Shown here piece by piece: positions 29,292-40,618 of a stretch of 64,000 nucleotides of DNA (position 1 is the stretch's first letter; the number at the start of each line of letters is the position of its first letter). This stretch comes from a virus. Taxonomy: Duplodnaviria > Caudoviricetes. The notes beneath the pieces were generated by a model that worked only from the letters and a program-made list of their open reading frames with translations, was not told the DNA's origin and searched no databases. The stretch lies in the IMG/VR virus record IMGVR_UViG_3300028805_000037, positions 64,001-128,000 of that record; one strand, 5' to 3'. The position numbers and the translations under genes are program-made.

Positions 29292-31538
29292 TTATAAATT
29301 ATTTATCTCTAAACTTATAGCATCTAATTTACTATTTAAATCTTTTATGCCTGAATTAGTTAATATCTCATCTATACTATTAAATAAAGTTTTTGTAATA
29401 GAATTGTCTCTTACAACAATATCTATAGGTTCTAAAGTTAAACTTCTTTGTGTAAAAATATCCTCAAACTTTAAATCAGTATTATTCATTTTATTAAAAT
29501 CATCTAGTAATTTTCGTAACTCATTATTTATACTATTAAGCTTTTCTTGATCTACCTTACCATCTTTATCTAATATATCTGATAATGTACCTTTATAAAA
29601 AACTTCTCTTCTTGCATTATATCTCCAACCTAATTTATTTAAATACATACGAAATTTCTTTGCTAATAAATATGGACGGTCTTTTGTATCTTTCACTACT
29701 TTATCTATATCTTGAGACGTACTAAAACTCTCTACTTGCTTACTAAAATATCTTGATAAATCTCTATACTCATTTAATATAGCATTAACACGCCCTCTTG
29801 CTGATTTATAATCTGTATCTTCTACAAAAATCTTTATAATTTGAATTTGAACATCTAATACCATTTGTAATTGTTCTAATCCAACACGCCTATTAGAAAC
29901 GTATAAGGCAGATAACAACGATTTTTGTATACCTTTAGGCAACTCAACAGCATTAATTATAAATTTTAAAACTTTATTATAAATATCTTGAATACCTTTT
30001 GAGTCATTAACACTTTCAATATCTTGTGTATAAGCTAATAAATTTTTATTAATATTTAATAACTGTGCTAATATTACTGAAGCCTTATTTTGGAACTGCG
30101 AATATGACTCTGGTTTTAAATACGTATCATAAATAGAAGTTGATACATAAGACTCCTCTTCTTTAGTATCCTCGATATTATATTCTCTTTTTATCATTGT
30201 CATAAAGTCTGTAATATTTACTGAATTTCCATCTTCATCAATTACTTTACTCGGTTTATTAGTTCCTTCTTTATATTCTACTGTATAACCAGAATTATCA
30301 GCAAAGTCTTTTATTGCCTCTTCTAAAGATAAGCTTTCTCCATTATCATTTACTTGTTCCGATAATAAAGATTTATCAATATCTTCTTTTTTATTTGTAT
30401 CAGATACAGCTTCTGATTGTGTTTCTTGAACTGTTTTTATATCTTGTAAAGATTGTTTCTCTTCATCTGATAAAAAATCTTCTAACTTTACAAATTCTTT
30501 TTCAGCTCTTTGCCTATTTTTTAATTCTTCTATTTGTTCTTTTGTAATAGCTATACGTGAAAAAAATTCTTTATAAAGATTTGCTTCTCTTTTAGTAAAT
30601 ACTTTATCTATAAAATCATTAATATAAGATTTAATTTCGTTCTGTACCTCAGGAACAAATGCAAAACTTATTAAAGGATATTCATTAATTCCAAAATTTC
30701 CTGTTTGTTTAATAGAGTTAATGTATTCATCAAGATTAGGTGTAAAAGAAGTTAATTGTAATAACTTATCTTCTAAATTAGTAATAAACTTAGCGTCATC
30801 TTTATTTAAATTTAACTCATAAATATAGGAATTAACTTTTGCTTTAAACTCCTCTGACTCAAAATAAGCGTCAGATACGGTTGAATACTCCTTATTTATT
30901 ACAGATTCATACTTTTTAAAACCAATTAATGTACATATATTAGCTGCAATTAAACGATCCTTTACACTATTTATAAAATTCATTCTACAAAAGGATTGTA
31001 TCTTTTCTAAAATTTTATATATACCTGAATCATATTCTGTACCTTTCCATTTTTTATTAACTTGTTTTACTTCTTTACTAATATCAAATGGTTTCTTATA
31101 AGTTACTACATATTTTCCTTTAAGTAAATCTTGTAAACTTTTTACAATATAATTTAAAATATCTTTTGCAAAATTAAAAGTTTCTTTATCTACAGCATCT
31201 AAATAACCTTCAACTGCAATTAACCCTAAAATATCAGACTCAACAACAGAATCTTTTATTTTGCTAGTATCTACTAAAATCTTCCCTAATTGTATCTTTT
31301 CAGGTACAGAAGTAACTGAAATATCTTTTACAGAATTATTTATTAAATCTAAAGTTGAAACACCCGGTATATACCTAAAGTATATTGTATATATTTCATT
31401 TGATTCCTTGCTAAAAGTACATAAATTTATAGAACTCTCATCAGGTAATTCTATACGTAACTCAGACTGAATTTTAAATAAAGCATCATCAATTAAAGAG
31501 TCTGCTGCATAAATTGTAGTTAAAAATTTATTATACAT
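29292..31538 (-). CDS. Hypothetical large protein
   Basis: 748-aa ORF with SD; no recognised domain. Confidence 0.6.
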   Translation of the reverse strand: MYNKFLTTIYAADSLIDDALFKIQSELRIELPDESSINLCTFSKESNEIYTIYFRYIPGVSTLDLINNSVKDISVTSVPEKIQLGKILVDTSKIKDSVVESDILGLIAVEGYLDAVDKETFNFAKDILNYIVKSLQDLLKGKYVVTYKKPFDISKEVKQVNKKWKGTEYDSGIYKILEKIQSFCRMNFINSVKDRLIAANICTLIGFKKYESVINKEYSTVSDAYFESEEFKAKVNSYIYELNLNKDDAKFITNLEDKLLQLTSFTPNLDEYINSIKQTGNFGINEYPLISFAFVPEVQNEIKSYINDFIDKVFTKREANLYKEFFSRIAITKEQIEELKNRQRAEKEFVKLEDFLSDEEKQSLQDIKTVQETQSEAVSDTNKKEDIDKSLLSEQVNDNGESLSLEEAIKDFADNSGYTVEYKEGTNKPSKVIDEDGNSVNITDFMTMIKREYNIEDTKEEESYVSTSIYDTYLKPESYSQFQNKASVILAQLLNINKNLLAYTQDIESVNDSKGIQDIYNKVLKFIINAVELPKGIQKSLLSALYVSNRRVGLEQLQMVLDVQIQIIKIFVEDTDYKSARGRVNAILNEYRDLSRYFSKQVESFSTSQDIDKVVKDTKDRPYLLAKKFRMYLNKLGWRYNARREVFYKGTLSDILDKDGKVDQEKLNSINNELRKLLDDFNKMNNTDLKFEDIFTQRSLTLEPIDIVVRDNSITKTLFNSIDEILTNSGIKDLNSKLDAISLEINNL

Positions 31539-31558
31539 ATAAACCTCAAAAATTTAAT

Positions 31559-34500
31559 TTATACTAATAAAGTTTTCGTTTTCTCGATTTTTAAATTTAC
31601 ATCTGATAAAAGTGTACTTAACTTATCTGTTAAATCAAAACACTCATCTGATTTTTTAGAAACAGTCATTAACTTAGCTTCTAAACCATCTTTTAAATTT
31701 TGAACATGACTCTCAACAATGTCATTTGTTATTAAAGTTTTGCCAGTCTTAGAGCTTATTTTATTATTTAATTGATTTTTAATAAGCTCTGTTTTATGGA
31801 GTAATAACTGTGCTGAATTAATTTTGCTATCACTTAAATTTTTAGCCATTGCATTATAAAAAGTCTTACTTAATACATCATAAACTGTGTCTAATTTATT
31901 TATAATCTCAGACACTTTCTTTTTATCTTCATCTGTAAAATTAGCTAATTGTTTATTTTGTTCAGACTGTATTAATGCCTTATCTATCATAACTTCAACA
32001 GGTAAAATATTTGTACTTGAATCTTCAATTAAAGAATACTTATCTGACAACTTATCATATTTTAATTTAATACTTGTATATTTTTGCAATATAGGATCAT
32101 TAGATACAGTTTCACTTATAAAAGATTTTATATCAGGAATATCTTGCTTTAATTGTGCATCAGCAATATTATAGATCTTCTGTATACAAGTTTCTATATC
32201 TGTAACTTGTGTTTTTAATTCAGAATCAATAGCTTTTAATTCATTAGCTAAATTTACATCTAAAGTTTTATCGCCTAATTTATCGTTTATACTCTTAGTA
32301 ATATAATTATAAGCAGACTTAATCGATCCTTTTTGATATACAACACTACTAATTAATCTTGCGGCAGCAACTGCATTTTTTCTTAAAGAATATTTATTTA
32401 AATCTTTTAATTTATTAAATATACTTCTAAAAATATTATCTGAAGTATTTAAATATCTATACTCTAAAGGTTTAACTATATTTGCTCTTACTTCAGTCAA
32501 TAAATCAGAAGAATTTTGTGTATCAATAACATTACCTTTTACATCAAATAACACACAATTTGGTAATACATTACTAATTAATTTATCACTAAAATCCCAA
32601 GCTTCACAATCATCTAACAATTGCTTTAGTATAGATGAGTTTTGTATTTGATTATATAAAGAAATATTTATATAATCTAAAACTTTATAATTTGCCATAG
32701 CTTTAATTACATTATCTGGAACTGTACGATAAAGTCTTTGATTTTTTAACCTACTAAAAACTGTCTCAGCATTCATAAAATATTTTTGATCTATAGCATC
32801 TAGCTGTAAAGACTTTAAAGTATTACTAAAAGAACCATTACTAAAATTATCTGCTACATCTAAAGCTAAATTAAATTTTTGATAATCTAAATACTCTATG
32901 AAACTTGTCTTTGCTACGTCTTTATCTCCACCTAAAGATTGTCTGTACTTATAAAACAACTTATTAGCTACATACCCTACTATAGAATTTGCATTTAAAT
33001 CTAAATTGTTTTTAGTACCAGCTTCTATAATTGACTGTAATATATCCGAATTAAATACTTCTACTTTTAATTCTTGGAATATATTAAATAAACCTGGATT
33101 TTGTATATCCACCGGATCAATTTTTACTTTAAATAAATCTTTATTTTCTTCTAAAATATTTTTTAATATACTATTATAAGAATAACGCGTATCCTTTTCA
33201 GTTAATATATCTTCAATTATATTTACAATCTCATTAAAATTTAACTTTATAAAATCAATATCAATATCACTTGGATAAATATCTTTATATTTTTCTGCTT
33301 GTGCAATCAAATCTTGTACTGACTGTCTTATTTTTGCAATATCAGATAAATTTAATAAAGAAACTATACTACGTGCTGTAGTATATAATAAAGACATATC
33401 CTTATTTAATTCCTGAGCTAATGCATTTTTATTAGCTATCATTACATTATCTTTCTGTTGTAAATTTTTTAAAAAATCTTCTACATCATTAGCGTTAACT
33501 TCTTTTAAAGCATATCTTAATAATCCTACAAATTTATTATATGTACCTAACGACTGTAACATTGTATCTAATTCTTTCTGAGCTTCTTCAAGTTCAGTAT
33601 CTTCTTTAACTAATTTAGTTTTAGATTGCTTATCTCCTAAAACATTCATAACTGCACGCTCTATATAAGATACTAAATCACTTGCTTTATCCTTTGCTTC
33701 TTGAATAAACATTGGAGGTAATTGTTTAAGTGTTTTCTGATCTGTAATATTTTCTAAATTAATTTCATCAATATTATTAAATTTAGCTAATAATTGTGTT
33801 AATTTCTCGAAGTTATCAGTTAATTCGCCTTTCAATAAATTTACTAATCCAACATAATTAATAACAAATAAATTATTAATTTCAGGATTTGATTTCATTT
33901 CAGAAACTAAATCACTAAATGAAATATCTTCTAATTTATTATTTTTATAATCTTTAATATATGTTCCTAAAGAATCTAAACAAAATCTAATATTCTTTAA
34001 CATATCTCTAGAGTGTAATTCAGTAACACTAACATCTGAAACTTGCAATTGTTCATCAATAGGTCTATTTTGTTTTTGTGATACTACAGCATCAACTAAA
34101 GCCTGAGCACGCTGTACTATAGGTTTAGTTTCCTTAACTAAATCAGTTACTTTTTCTAATTCGTTATAAAGATTATCTTTATAATTTATTATATAGTCAT
34201 AATCTTTATCTTCTAATTTTACACCTTTCTCTTTTAGATAATCTTTCATATATGAAGACGTATAATATTTATTTAAAGCATCTATAACATATTCATTACG
34301 TAATGATTCAGCAACAGATGCTAACGTACCTTCGTCTAAAGCTTCTAGTCTTTGATCTACACGAGATCTATCAACTTCTGCTTCTGGAATAAGTAAATAT
34401 TTCCAAGCATCTGTATCTACAACATCTAAAGTTTTAGGTATTATTAATTTCTTATCTTCTATTAATTCATTATTACGTGTTCTATACATGTTTGGATTAA

Positions 34501-35812
34501 CTTTTAAATCTGCTCTAGAATCATATCCAGAAAACCCAAATTTATTTATTAAACTTTTTAACTTCTTTAAATTATTTAACTTTTCTTTTGAATTTGCAAA
34601 AACAACGTAACTAGATTTTAATGAACTCTCAATCTCTTCTGAATCTAATGATTCACGTTTTTGTTGTACATTAATATCTGTAGCTTCTTCCATCAAACGT
34701 TCTACTAAAAATATTAAAGAATCTGGATTATAATCTTTTATTATAACTTCTAAATCTTTTATTACATCATCACTTTCTGAAACTTCTTCTATATTTTTAA
34801 CAAGTAAATCATCATATAATGTTTTTAAACTTGTATAAAAATTCCAACAATTAATATCTTTTTGATTTAACTGTGACAACTTCACACCATAATTTTGTTT
34901 AATAAAATCATTATTATCTAATTTATTTAACAAACTATTTTTATTAATTAAATTAAACCAAGATGTGGTTAACTGACTCATAATTAATTGATTAAAAGGA
35001 ACTGTTGAACCTCTACCATTAGAAATACCAAAGGTATCACTTGCAAAATCATGATTAATAATATTTCTTAATACTATATCTTTCTTACTTGAATATAGAT
35101 ATTCTTGTGAACGTAACTTTTCTAAAATATCTTTAAGTGAATAACTATTATCTATTCCTTTAATATTTATATTAAAATCTGTATTTAAAAATTCACCTAA
35201 TAATTTATCATAACCTACTGTGCTATCTGATAGCTTACCACTTAATGATAAACTATTACATAAAACAACAGCAAAGTCACGTAAATCTTCTGTAGAAACT
35301 TCTTTATCTGTTATAACATTATCTTTTATAAAACCACGCTGAATTAACCAATCATTAATTTCTCTTTGACCTTGTCTATAACTAAAATTACTTTTATCAA
35401 TATAAGCTTTATAATTATCTAAAATAATAGGTAATAAAATTTCCATTGATGAAAATGTTACATTATTATCTTTAAATATATTTGCAGTTTTAGGAGAGTA
35501 ATTTTTTAAGAAATACCCAATAATATTCTTTTCTGTATCTTTATCTAACGTTTTTGTATCAGATACATCTTGAAGTTCTACTCTTTGTAGTCCTAAGTCA
35601 TCGTTAACTTTAAGCAATGAATTACCTAAAGATTTTACTCTATAATACTCTCCTGGATTAATTGAGCGTAACTCTATCCAATCATTATTTTCTAAAATAT
35701 ATAATTTTGAATCAGCAATATTAATAAATTGTGATCCTTCTTTAAAGTTTGTTACAGGTGGAAATTTATTTGCAATAGTATCAACTACTATATCTGCCAT
35801 ATTACACCTCAC
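31559..35812 (-). CDS. Very large hypothetical helical protein (likely start MADIV)
   Basis: About 1410-aa ORF; no recognised domain. Confidence 0.6.
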   Translation of the reverse strand: MRCNMADIVVDTIANKFPPVTNFKEGSQFINIADSKLYILENNDWIELRSINPGEYYRVKSLGNSLLKVNDDLGLQRVELQDVSDTKTLDKDTEKNIIGYFLKNYSPKTANIFKDNNVTFSSMEILLPIILDNYKAYIDKSNFSYRQGQREINDWLIQRGFIKDNVITDKEVSTEDLRDFAVVLCNSLSLSGKLSDSTVGYDKLLGEFLNTDFNINIKGIDNSYSLKDILEKLRSQEYLYSSKKDIVLRNIINHDFASDTFGISNGRGSTVPFNQLIMSQLTTSWFNLINKNSLLNKLDNNDFIKQNYGVKLSQLNQKDINCWNFYTSLKTLYDDLLVKNIEEVSESDDVIKDLEVIIKDYNPDSLIFLVERLMEEATDINVQQKRESLDSEEIESSLKSSYVVFANSKEKLNNLKKLKSLINKFGFSGYDSRADLKVNPNMYRTRNNELIEDKKLIIPKTLDVVDTDAWKYLLIPEAEVDRSRVDQRLEALDEGTLASVAESLRNEYVIDALNKYYTSSYMKDYLKEKGVKLEDKDYDYIINYKDNLYNELEKVTDLVKETKPIVQRAQALVDAVVSQKQNRPIDEQLQVSDVSVTELHSRDMLKNIRFCLDSLGTYIKDYKNNKLEDISFSDLVSEMKSNPEINNLFVINYVGLVNLLKGELTDNFEKLTQLLAKFNNIDEINLENITDQKTLKQLPPMFIQEAKDKASDLVSYIERAVMNVLGDKQSKTKLVKEDTELEEAQKELDTMLQSLGTYNKFVGLLRYALKEVNANDVEDFLKNLQQKDNVMIANKNALAQELNKDMSLLYTTARSIVSLLNLSDIAKIRQSVQDLIAQAEKYKDIYPSDIDIDFIKLNFNEIVNIIEDILTEKDTRYSYNSILKNILEENKDLFKVKIDPVDIQNPGLFNIFQELKVEVFNSDILQSIIEAGTKNNLDLNANSIVGYVANKLFYKYRQSLGGDKDVAKTSFIEYLDYQKFNLALDVADNFSNGSFSNTLKSLQLDAIDQKYFMNAETVFSRLKNQRLYRTVPDNVIKAMANYKVLDYINISLYNQIQNSSILKQLLDDCEAWDFSDKLISNVLPNCVLFDVKGNVIDTQNSSDLLTEVRANIVKPLEYRYLNTSDNIFRSIFNKLKDLNKYSLRKNAVAAARLISSVVYQKGSIKSAYNYITKSINDKLGDKTLDVNLANELKAIDSELKTQVTDIETCIQKIYNIADAQLKQDIPDIKSFISETVSNDPILQKYTSIKLKYDKLSDKYSLIEDSSTNILPVEVMIDKALIQSEQNKQLANFTDEDKKKVSEIINKLDTVYDVLSKTFYNAMAKNLSDSKINSAQLLLHKTELIKNQLNNKISSKTGKTLITNDIVESHVQNLKDGLEAKLMTVSKKSDECFDLTDKLSTLLSDVNLKIEKTKTLLV

Positions 35813-36104
35813 CGTTTAAATTAATTATCGGATTTTTTACTTGATCATCTTTTATAGGATCTTCAACTTCATCAATTACTGGAATTGAGTTTATCATCTT
35901 AGTTTGTTTATCGTTTTCACCTGTCATAATAGTTACAGTTTTATCTGCATCAAGACTTGATGTATCTAATGCATTTATATTTTTTAAAAATGAACTATAT
36001 GCACTAACTTTAACATTTGATTCTTCCAAAAAATTATCAAAATCATTGTTTATAACGTTAAACTCAGTATTTAATTTACTTAACAATTCATCTATATTAT
36101 CCAT
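35802..36104 (-). CDS. Hypothetical protein
   Basis: ORF with SD, in operon. Confidence 0.55.
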   Translation of the reverse strand: MDNIDELLSKLNTEFNVINNDFDNFLEESNVKVSAYSSFLKNINALDTSSLDADKTVTIMTGENDKQTKMINSIPVIDEVEDPIKDDQVKNPIINLNGEV

Positions 36105-36117
36105 TGAAACCCTCTTT

Positions 36118-37122
36118 TTATTTAAGAATTTCTTCTGCGTCTGCTTCTACTTCACTTTTAAAACTTTCTAAATCTTCTGATTCTGCGTTTCTATTAAATA
36201 CAGTTTGCATTACTTGATTATAAATTGAACTTTCTTTCTTAGCTACACCTGTTTCTTCAACAACTTGTTTTATTTTTGTAGGGTCCCCAGATTCTATTGC
36301 TTCACCAACTTCTTTCTTAACTTCTTCTGGTTTCGTTTGTAATACAGCAGTATCAATATCTACATCTTGACTTGCTTTCAAAACTACTTTATCACCTTTC
36401 GGAAATTTAATATTTTTTTCTGGAAATAATTTTTCAAACTCACCGTCATCTCTAATTATTTTAATTTTAACATTCTCAACAACTATATCTGGCTTAACTG
36501 TTTCTTCTTTTACTTTTACAATTGTACTTTTATCACCTGGAGTAATAACACCTTTTGTATTATCGCCTATATTTTGAATCTTATTATCAGATTTAATTGC
36601 AACTTCTTTATTAATTTCAAGAAGTTTTTCCTTTATACCTTCGGCTCTATATTTAGAACTTGCTGGATTTGTATCTGCAGCAGATCTTACAATAGATTCT
36701 TTATCAATGTTTGCTACTTTACCTAAATCTCCACCTAAATCTAAAGTATCATCCTTCTTAGGTTCCTCCTTAGACTCTTCTTTTTTAGGTTCTTCCTTCT
36801 TTTCTTCTTTTGGTTTAGGGACAGAAGTTTCATCATCTAAACTTTTTTGAACTTCTTTTGCTTTTTTTGTACTTACTGCATCAACAATTTTTACAATCAT
36901 CTTTAAAAACTCTTTTGAAATATTTCCATGATCAATACTAGATTTTGTATAATCGATCAAATCTTTAATATAGTTTTCCGGTAAAGCCTCCAATGCTTTT
37001 AAAGCTTCCTCTGCAGCCTTATTTATATCTGCAGCAGTAACTAACTTTTCCATTCCATTCTCCTGTGTAACTGTATAAGATTTTTTCTTAAAGAAATCAA
37101 ACATATATACACTCCTATTCAA
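36118..37122 (-). CDS. Hypothetical acidic/Lys-rich protein (likely start MFDFF)
   Basis: KEE repeats; K-x-S/A motifs. Confidence 0.55.
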   Translation of the reverse strand: MNRSVYMFDFFKKKSYTVTQENGMEKLVTAADINKAAEEALKALEALPENYIKDLIDYTKSSIDHGNISKEFLKMIVKIVDAVSTKKAKEVQKSLDDETSVPKPKEEKKEEPKKEESKEEPKKDDTLDLGGDLGKVANIDKESIVRSAADTNPASSKYRAEGIKEKLLEINKEVAIKSDNKIQNIGDNTKGVITPGDKSTIVKVKEETVKPDIVVENVKIKIIRDDGEFEKLFPEKNIKFPKGDKVVLKASQDVDIDTAVLQTKPEEVKKEVGEAIESGDPTKIKQVVEETGVAKKESSIYNQVMQTVFNRNAESEDLESFKSEVEADAEEILK

Positions 37123-37621
37123 AAAGTTTATTTGGATCTTCTATAACTACTTTTATTGTTTTTTTATTTTGATTATTTGTTTCTTGTGTGTGTCTTTTTG
37201 CTTTATCTTCTACATCTGTATCAATACTCATATGTTCCGGTTCACCAAAACTTCCAGGAACATCTTTATTACTTGTAGGAAAATCTTCACCACAAGCCTC
37301 CCTATTCAACTGACCTAATCTTCTTGTCAATGGTTCAGGTAATTGAGGGATTGTCTTAACAACAATTGAACCTTTATCAACTGTACCATCTGGATTGGCT
37401 TTCTCAACTTCTCTGAGAAGTTTATAAAGCAAATAACGCGGTCCAAAACCTAATTCTACGTCTCCGATAGAAGTTACATACCAATCAATATGTCCTGGAT
37501 AGTATATAACGTAATCGCGATACATTTCATTGAATGATACTGTCAACGACTTTAATGAAAGCTCACCTTTAGGTAATTCTATCTTTTTTGATTGTATTTT
37601 GAATGTAGAAATACGCAACAT
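37115..37621 (-). CDS. Hypothetical protein
   Basis: ORF with AGGAG SD, downstream of the conserved element. Confidence 0.6.
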   Translation of the reverse strand: MLRISTFKIQSKKIELPKGELSLKSLTVSFNEMYRDYVIYYPGHIDWYVTSIGDVELGFGPRYLLYKLLREVEKANPDGTVDKGSIVVKTIPQLPEPLTRRLGQLNREACGEDFPTSNKDVPGSFGEPEHMSIDTDVEDKAKRHTQETNNQNKKTIKVVIEDPNKLFE

Positions 37622-37651
37622 ATATAAAAACTCCTATTGTTTTACTCATAT

Positions 37652-37670
37652 TATGATATAAATGTCAAGG
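37652..37670 (-). promoter_or_regulatory. Conserved upstream element, copy 4 (CCTTGACA-TTTA-TATCATA)
   Basis: Exact consensus. Confidence 0.75.
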
Positions 37671-37672
37671 GT

Positions 37673-38677
37673 TTATTCAGTAATATATTTCCATTTATAA
37701 CCATAAGCAGATTTTCTTTTATTTTGACAACATAATGATATTTTACCACAACAATTTTTTGCGTTAATACCTAAAGCATTGCACGCTTCTTTTAAAGAAT
37801 TGTACTTAGCTTTAACTTCACCATCTATTGTATATTGTACCACTGCTTTTCTGTAAGGGGATTGCATCTTATTATTTATAAAATCTAAGCGTTCTTGAAT
37901 ACTATTTCCCTTATATAACCAAATATATTTATATGCAGATGATTGACTACCTTCGCAACTTGCACTTATGCAGCGCCTAACAGTCATTAAGTTCTTGTTT
38001 AATTTTGAGTTAAAAACTTTTGCAGCTTCTGTTATTGTAGAATATATCTTAACTAACTTACCGTCTAAAGTATACTGTGCTACTTCTCTTGTAATAGAAC
38101 TTAAATGTAAATCATGAACTTTATGTACTCGTTTAAGTCTATCTTCTATATTATTATCATACAACCAAATATAACCACCAGCTGTAGTGTATTCTCCGCG
38201 ACAACACAAGTCTATTGCTTTTACTCCAGTAGCTCTTCTGGCGTCAGACATACTATACCAAGTCTTTATAAAATTTCCTTGAAGATCATATTGAAATACT
38301 TTCTTTGCAACTGGACTTTTAAAACCTTTATTTACTCCAATATTAATATCACTTAATTTTTTACGTGTCTCATATGAAACTTCTCGGCTATTTGCAATTC
38401 CGCCATGATCTATATTATAACCAAACTCTCTTTGATCACTTTTATATAACTTTATTAACTCCTTTTCTTTCTGTGAAGCTTCATCATAAGATAAATTACT
38501 AAATAAAATTTCATGTTTTATGTTATTCCAACCATATTTATTAATCGCATATGTTAAATAAGAGTTAGTTTTATATGCACGCCCTTTACGCCAACGTCTT
38601 TCAACGTTTTGTCTTGTAACACCTATATAAATCTTATTTGATGGAGTTGTAAATTTATATACTTTATAATTATTCAT
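37673..38677 (-). CDS. GIY-YIG homing endonuclease with three NUMOD1/IENR1-like repeats
   Basis: YKVY....PSNKIYIG.T.....RRW..G; E..LI...GYN; 3x V.QY..DG...K.Y.S..EA.........I...C.......GY.W.Y. Confidence 0.9.
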   Translation of the reverse strand: MNNYKVYKFTTPSNKIYIGVTRQNVERRWRKGRAYKTNSYLTYAINKYGWNNIKHEILFSNLSYDEASQKEKELIKLYKSDQREFGYNIDHGGIANSREVSYETRKKLSDINIGVNKGFKSPVAKKVFQYDLQGNFIKTWYSMSDARRATGVKAIDLCCRGEYTTAGGYIWLYDNNIEDRLKRVHKVHDLHLSSITREVAQYTLDGKLVKIYSTITEAAKVFNSKLNKNLMTVRRCISASCEGSQSSAYKYIWLYKGNSIQERLDFINNKMQSPYRKAVVQYTIDGEVKAKYNSLKEACNALGINAKNCCGKISLCCQNKRKSAYGYKWKYITE

Positions 38678-38683
38678 TTTTAT

Positions 38684-38712
38684 ATTATATCAAATTTATA
38701 TTGAAAAGTCAA
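38684..38712 (-). promoter_or_regulatory. Sigma70-type promoter, leaderless (TTGACT-17-TATAAT-6-ATG)
   Basis: Near-consensus hexamers, extended -10 TG, no SD before the ATG. Confidence 0.75.
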
Positions 38713-38719
38713 CGAAATT

Positions 38720-39919
38720 TTAACGTCCAATGGCATTAAAAAGGTTACTGATAGCTCCTAATATATTTCCTGAAAGTCTTCCTGAAAGTGAAATATTTAA
38801 AGGTACTGAGCCTACAGCCGCGCCACTTTGTATATAATGTAGTTTCGCTACATCAATTAATTTATCATAGTAAGCAGTAGCTTTATCTATTGCATTCTGT
38901 ATCTTCGCACCTCTATCAATTGTAATAGATACACCAGAATCAGTGTAGCTAACATCTGTAAATGCAATACCTAAATAATGAACCATTAAAGTATATATAG
39001 CACTTCCTACCATAAGAACAGATTCTAATATTTCAGGTAATGTTTCTATTGTAAAATATGTAACCGGAGATTTTATATTTAAAGATTCCAATGCAAATTT
39101 AATACCCGCACGAATTTCATCATCAGTTGCACAATTTGTTATCCAATTTGATAACCATATCTTTAAATAATTTACAAGTCTTTGTTCTTTCGGAGTCAAT
39201 GACTTTCTAGGTAAAAAGAATCTAGACTCATATGTTTTATCTGCATTTACATATTTTATAATATAATAATAGGAATCTTTACATCTAATATCAATTGTCG
39301 GATCTGTCCATTTATTAACCCAATAACCATTAATCTGTGAATTAATTTCAGATATAACTTGGTTTTTAACATAAGGATTCTTAGAATCATAATTAACACT
39401 ATTGCTTATAACATCTGTAGAAAGCTCAGAACTTACATAAACAATAGGTAATTCAGTCATATTGAGAATTAAATCACCTACATTAAAATTCATTCTATGC
39501 CAACCTGGTTTTAATTGACCATACTGAACATTATTATAAATAACTTTATCATCTAAACAAAGTCTATAATTTCCGTTCTCATCTACAATTGAAAAAAGTT
39601 CTACCTTCTCTGGTTCTTGTGCTCCCAAAGTAAGTAAAACAGATTTACCACCTGTATATGTCAATCCTTGTAAGTATGCATCTATATCTGCATTCTTATT
39701 AAAACTTATATCCCTACATAACTCATCTTGTACAAAAGGAATCGGATGTAGATTTGTTGAAATCTCTACATCTGTTCTTACTAGATCATAACCAAAAGTC
39801 TCATGTCTAGATCTATATATTCTAACATAAGGATAAAGTATATTACCATTATCATCCAATGCAGATGTAATTGTATCGTCTGGACACCATGATATTTCAA
39901 CTGGTAACCTGAGTGTCAT
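38720..39919 (-). CDS. Head-tail adaptor / neck protein
   Basis: C-terminal D.EI...I..AL..LN..SP.TYF, F.D.SYTDSGVSITIDR typical of large-phage adaptors. Confidence 0.65.
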   Translation of the reverse strand: MTLRLPVEISWCPDDTITSALDDNGNILYPYVRIYRSRHETFGYDLVRTDVEISTNLHPIPFVQDELCRDISFNKNADIDAYLQGLTYTGGKSVLLTLGAQEPEKVELFSIVDENGNYRLCLDDKVIYNNVQYGQLKPGWHRMNFNVGDLILNMTELPIVYVSSELSTDVISNSVNYDSKNPYVKNQVISEINSQINGYWVNKWTDPTIDIRCKDSYYYIIKYVNADKTYESRFFLPRKSLTPKEQRLVNYLKIWLSNWITNCATDDEIRAGIKFALESLNIKSPVTYFTIETLPEILESVLMVGSAIYTLMVHYLGIAFTDVSYTDSGVSITIDRGAKIQNAIDKATAYYDKLIDVAKLHYIQSGAAVGSVPLNISLSGRLSGNILGAISNLFNAIGR

Positions 39920-39928
39920 TAAAACCTC

Positions 39929-40402
39929 CTACTTATTAAGTGACTCTAAATAATAAAATATTTTTATAGATAAAGCTTCTACCAATGTATTAAATTCAGA
40001 AATATCATATAACTTTGTCTGACTAACAAAAGGACATATTAGATATCTTTTTTCTGTGTTTTCTTTTATACTATGATAATTATCTTTATCTACTTCACTA
40101 ATAGTTACATCATATACTTTATAGTTATTATCTGCATATATTTTTGCAAATTTTTTAAAAGCACCTTCTATCAAATCTGCTTTTATAACATCATAAAATC
40201 TATCAGAAACTTTATTATTTGATACGTCATTTAAACAGTCATATATTACTTTTTGTATATACTGTACATTCTTATCTTTTAGCTTCTGTAATTTATCTTT
40301 AAAACTAATCTCTCTAACTAAAGTAGGGTAATAAACATTTAGGTCTTCTGTACCTAAAGGTAAGTCTAATTGAGTTTCAGCTTTAATAAACCACCTAGTC
40401 AT
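39929..40402 (-). CDS. Hypothetical protein, N-terminus MTRWFIKA
   Basis: ORF; shared N-terminal tag. Confidence 0.6.
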   Translation of the reverse strand: MTRWFIKAETQLDLPLGTEDLNVYYPTLVREISFKDKLQKLKDKNVQYIQKVIYDCLNDVSNNKVSDRFYDVIKADLIEGAFKKFAKIYADNNYKVYDVTISEVDKDNYHSIKENTEKRYLICPFVSQTKLYDISEFNTLVEALSIKIFYYLESLNK

Positions 40403-40420
40403 TTTTATTTTCCTATAAAT

Positions 40421-40609
40421 TTATTTTACTTCTTCAGCTATTATTGTATTTATATCTGTATTTGGAAATCTATAACAAAATATACTTTTAGCTTCTTGTT
40501 CATTATCTGCTTCAATAGGATGTATTTTAGGTCTAACATAATGACCATTAGCTAATTGAACTTTTATTATATACTTTTTTAAAGCAGACGCTTTTAACCA
40601 TCTAGTCAT
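40421..40609 (-). CDS. Small hypothetical protein, N-terminus MTRWLKAS
   Basis: ORF with AGGAG SD; shared N-terminal tag. Confidence 0.6.
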   Translation of the reverse strand: MTRWLKASALKKYIIKVQLANGHYVRPKIHPIEADNEQEAKSIFCYRFPNTDINTIIAEEVK

Positions 40610-40618
40610 TATCAACTC

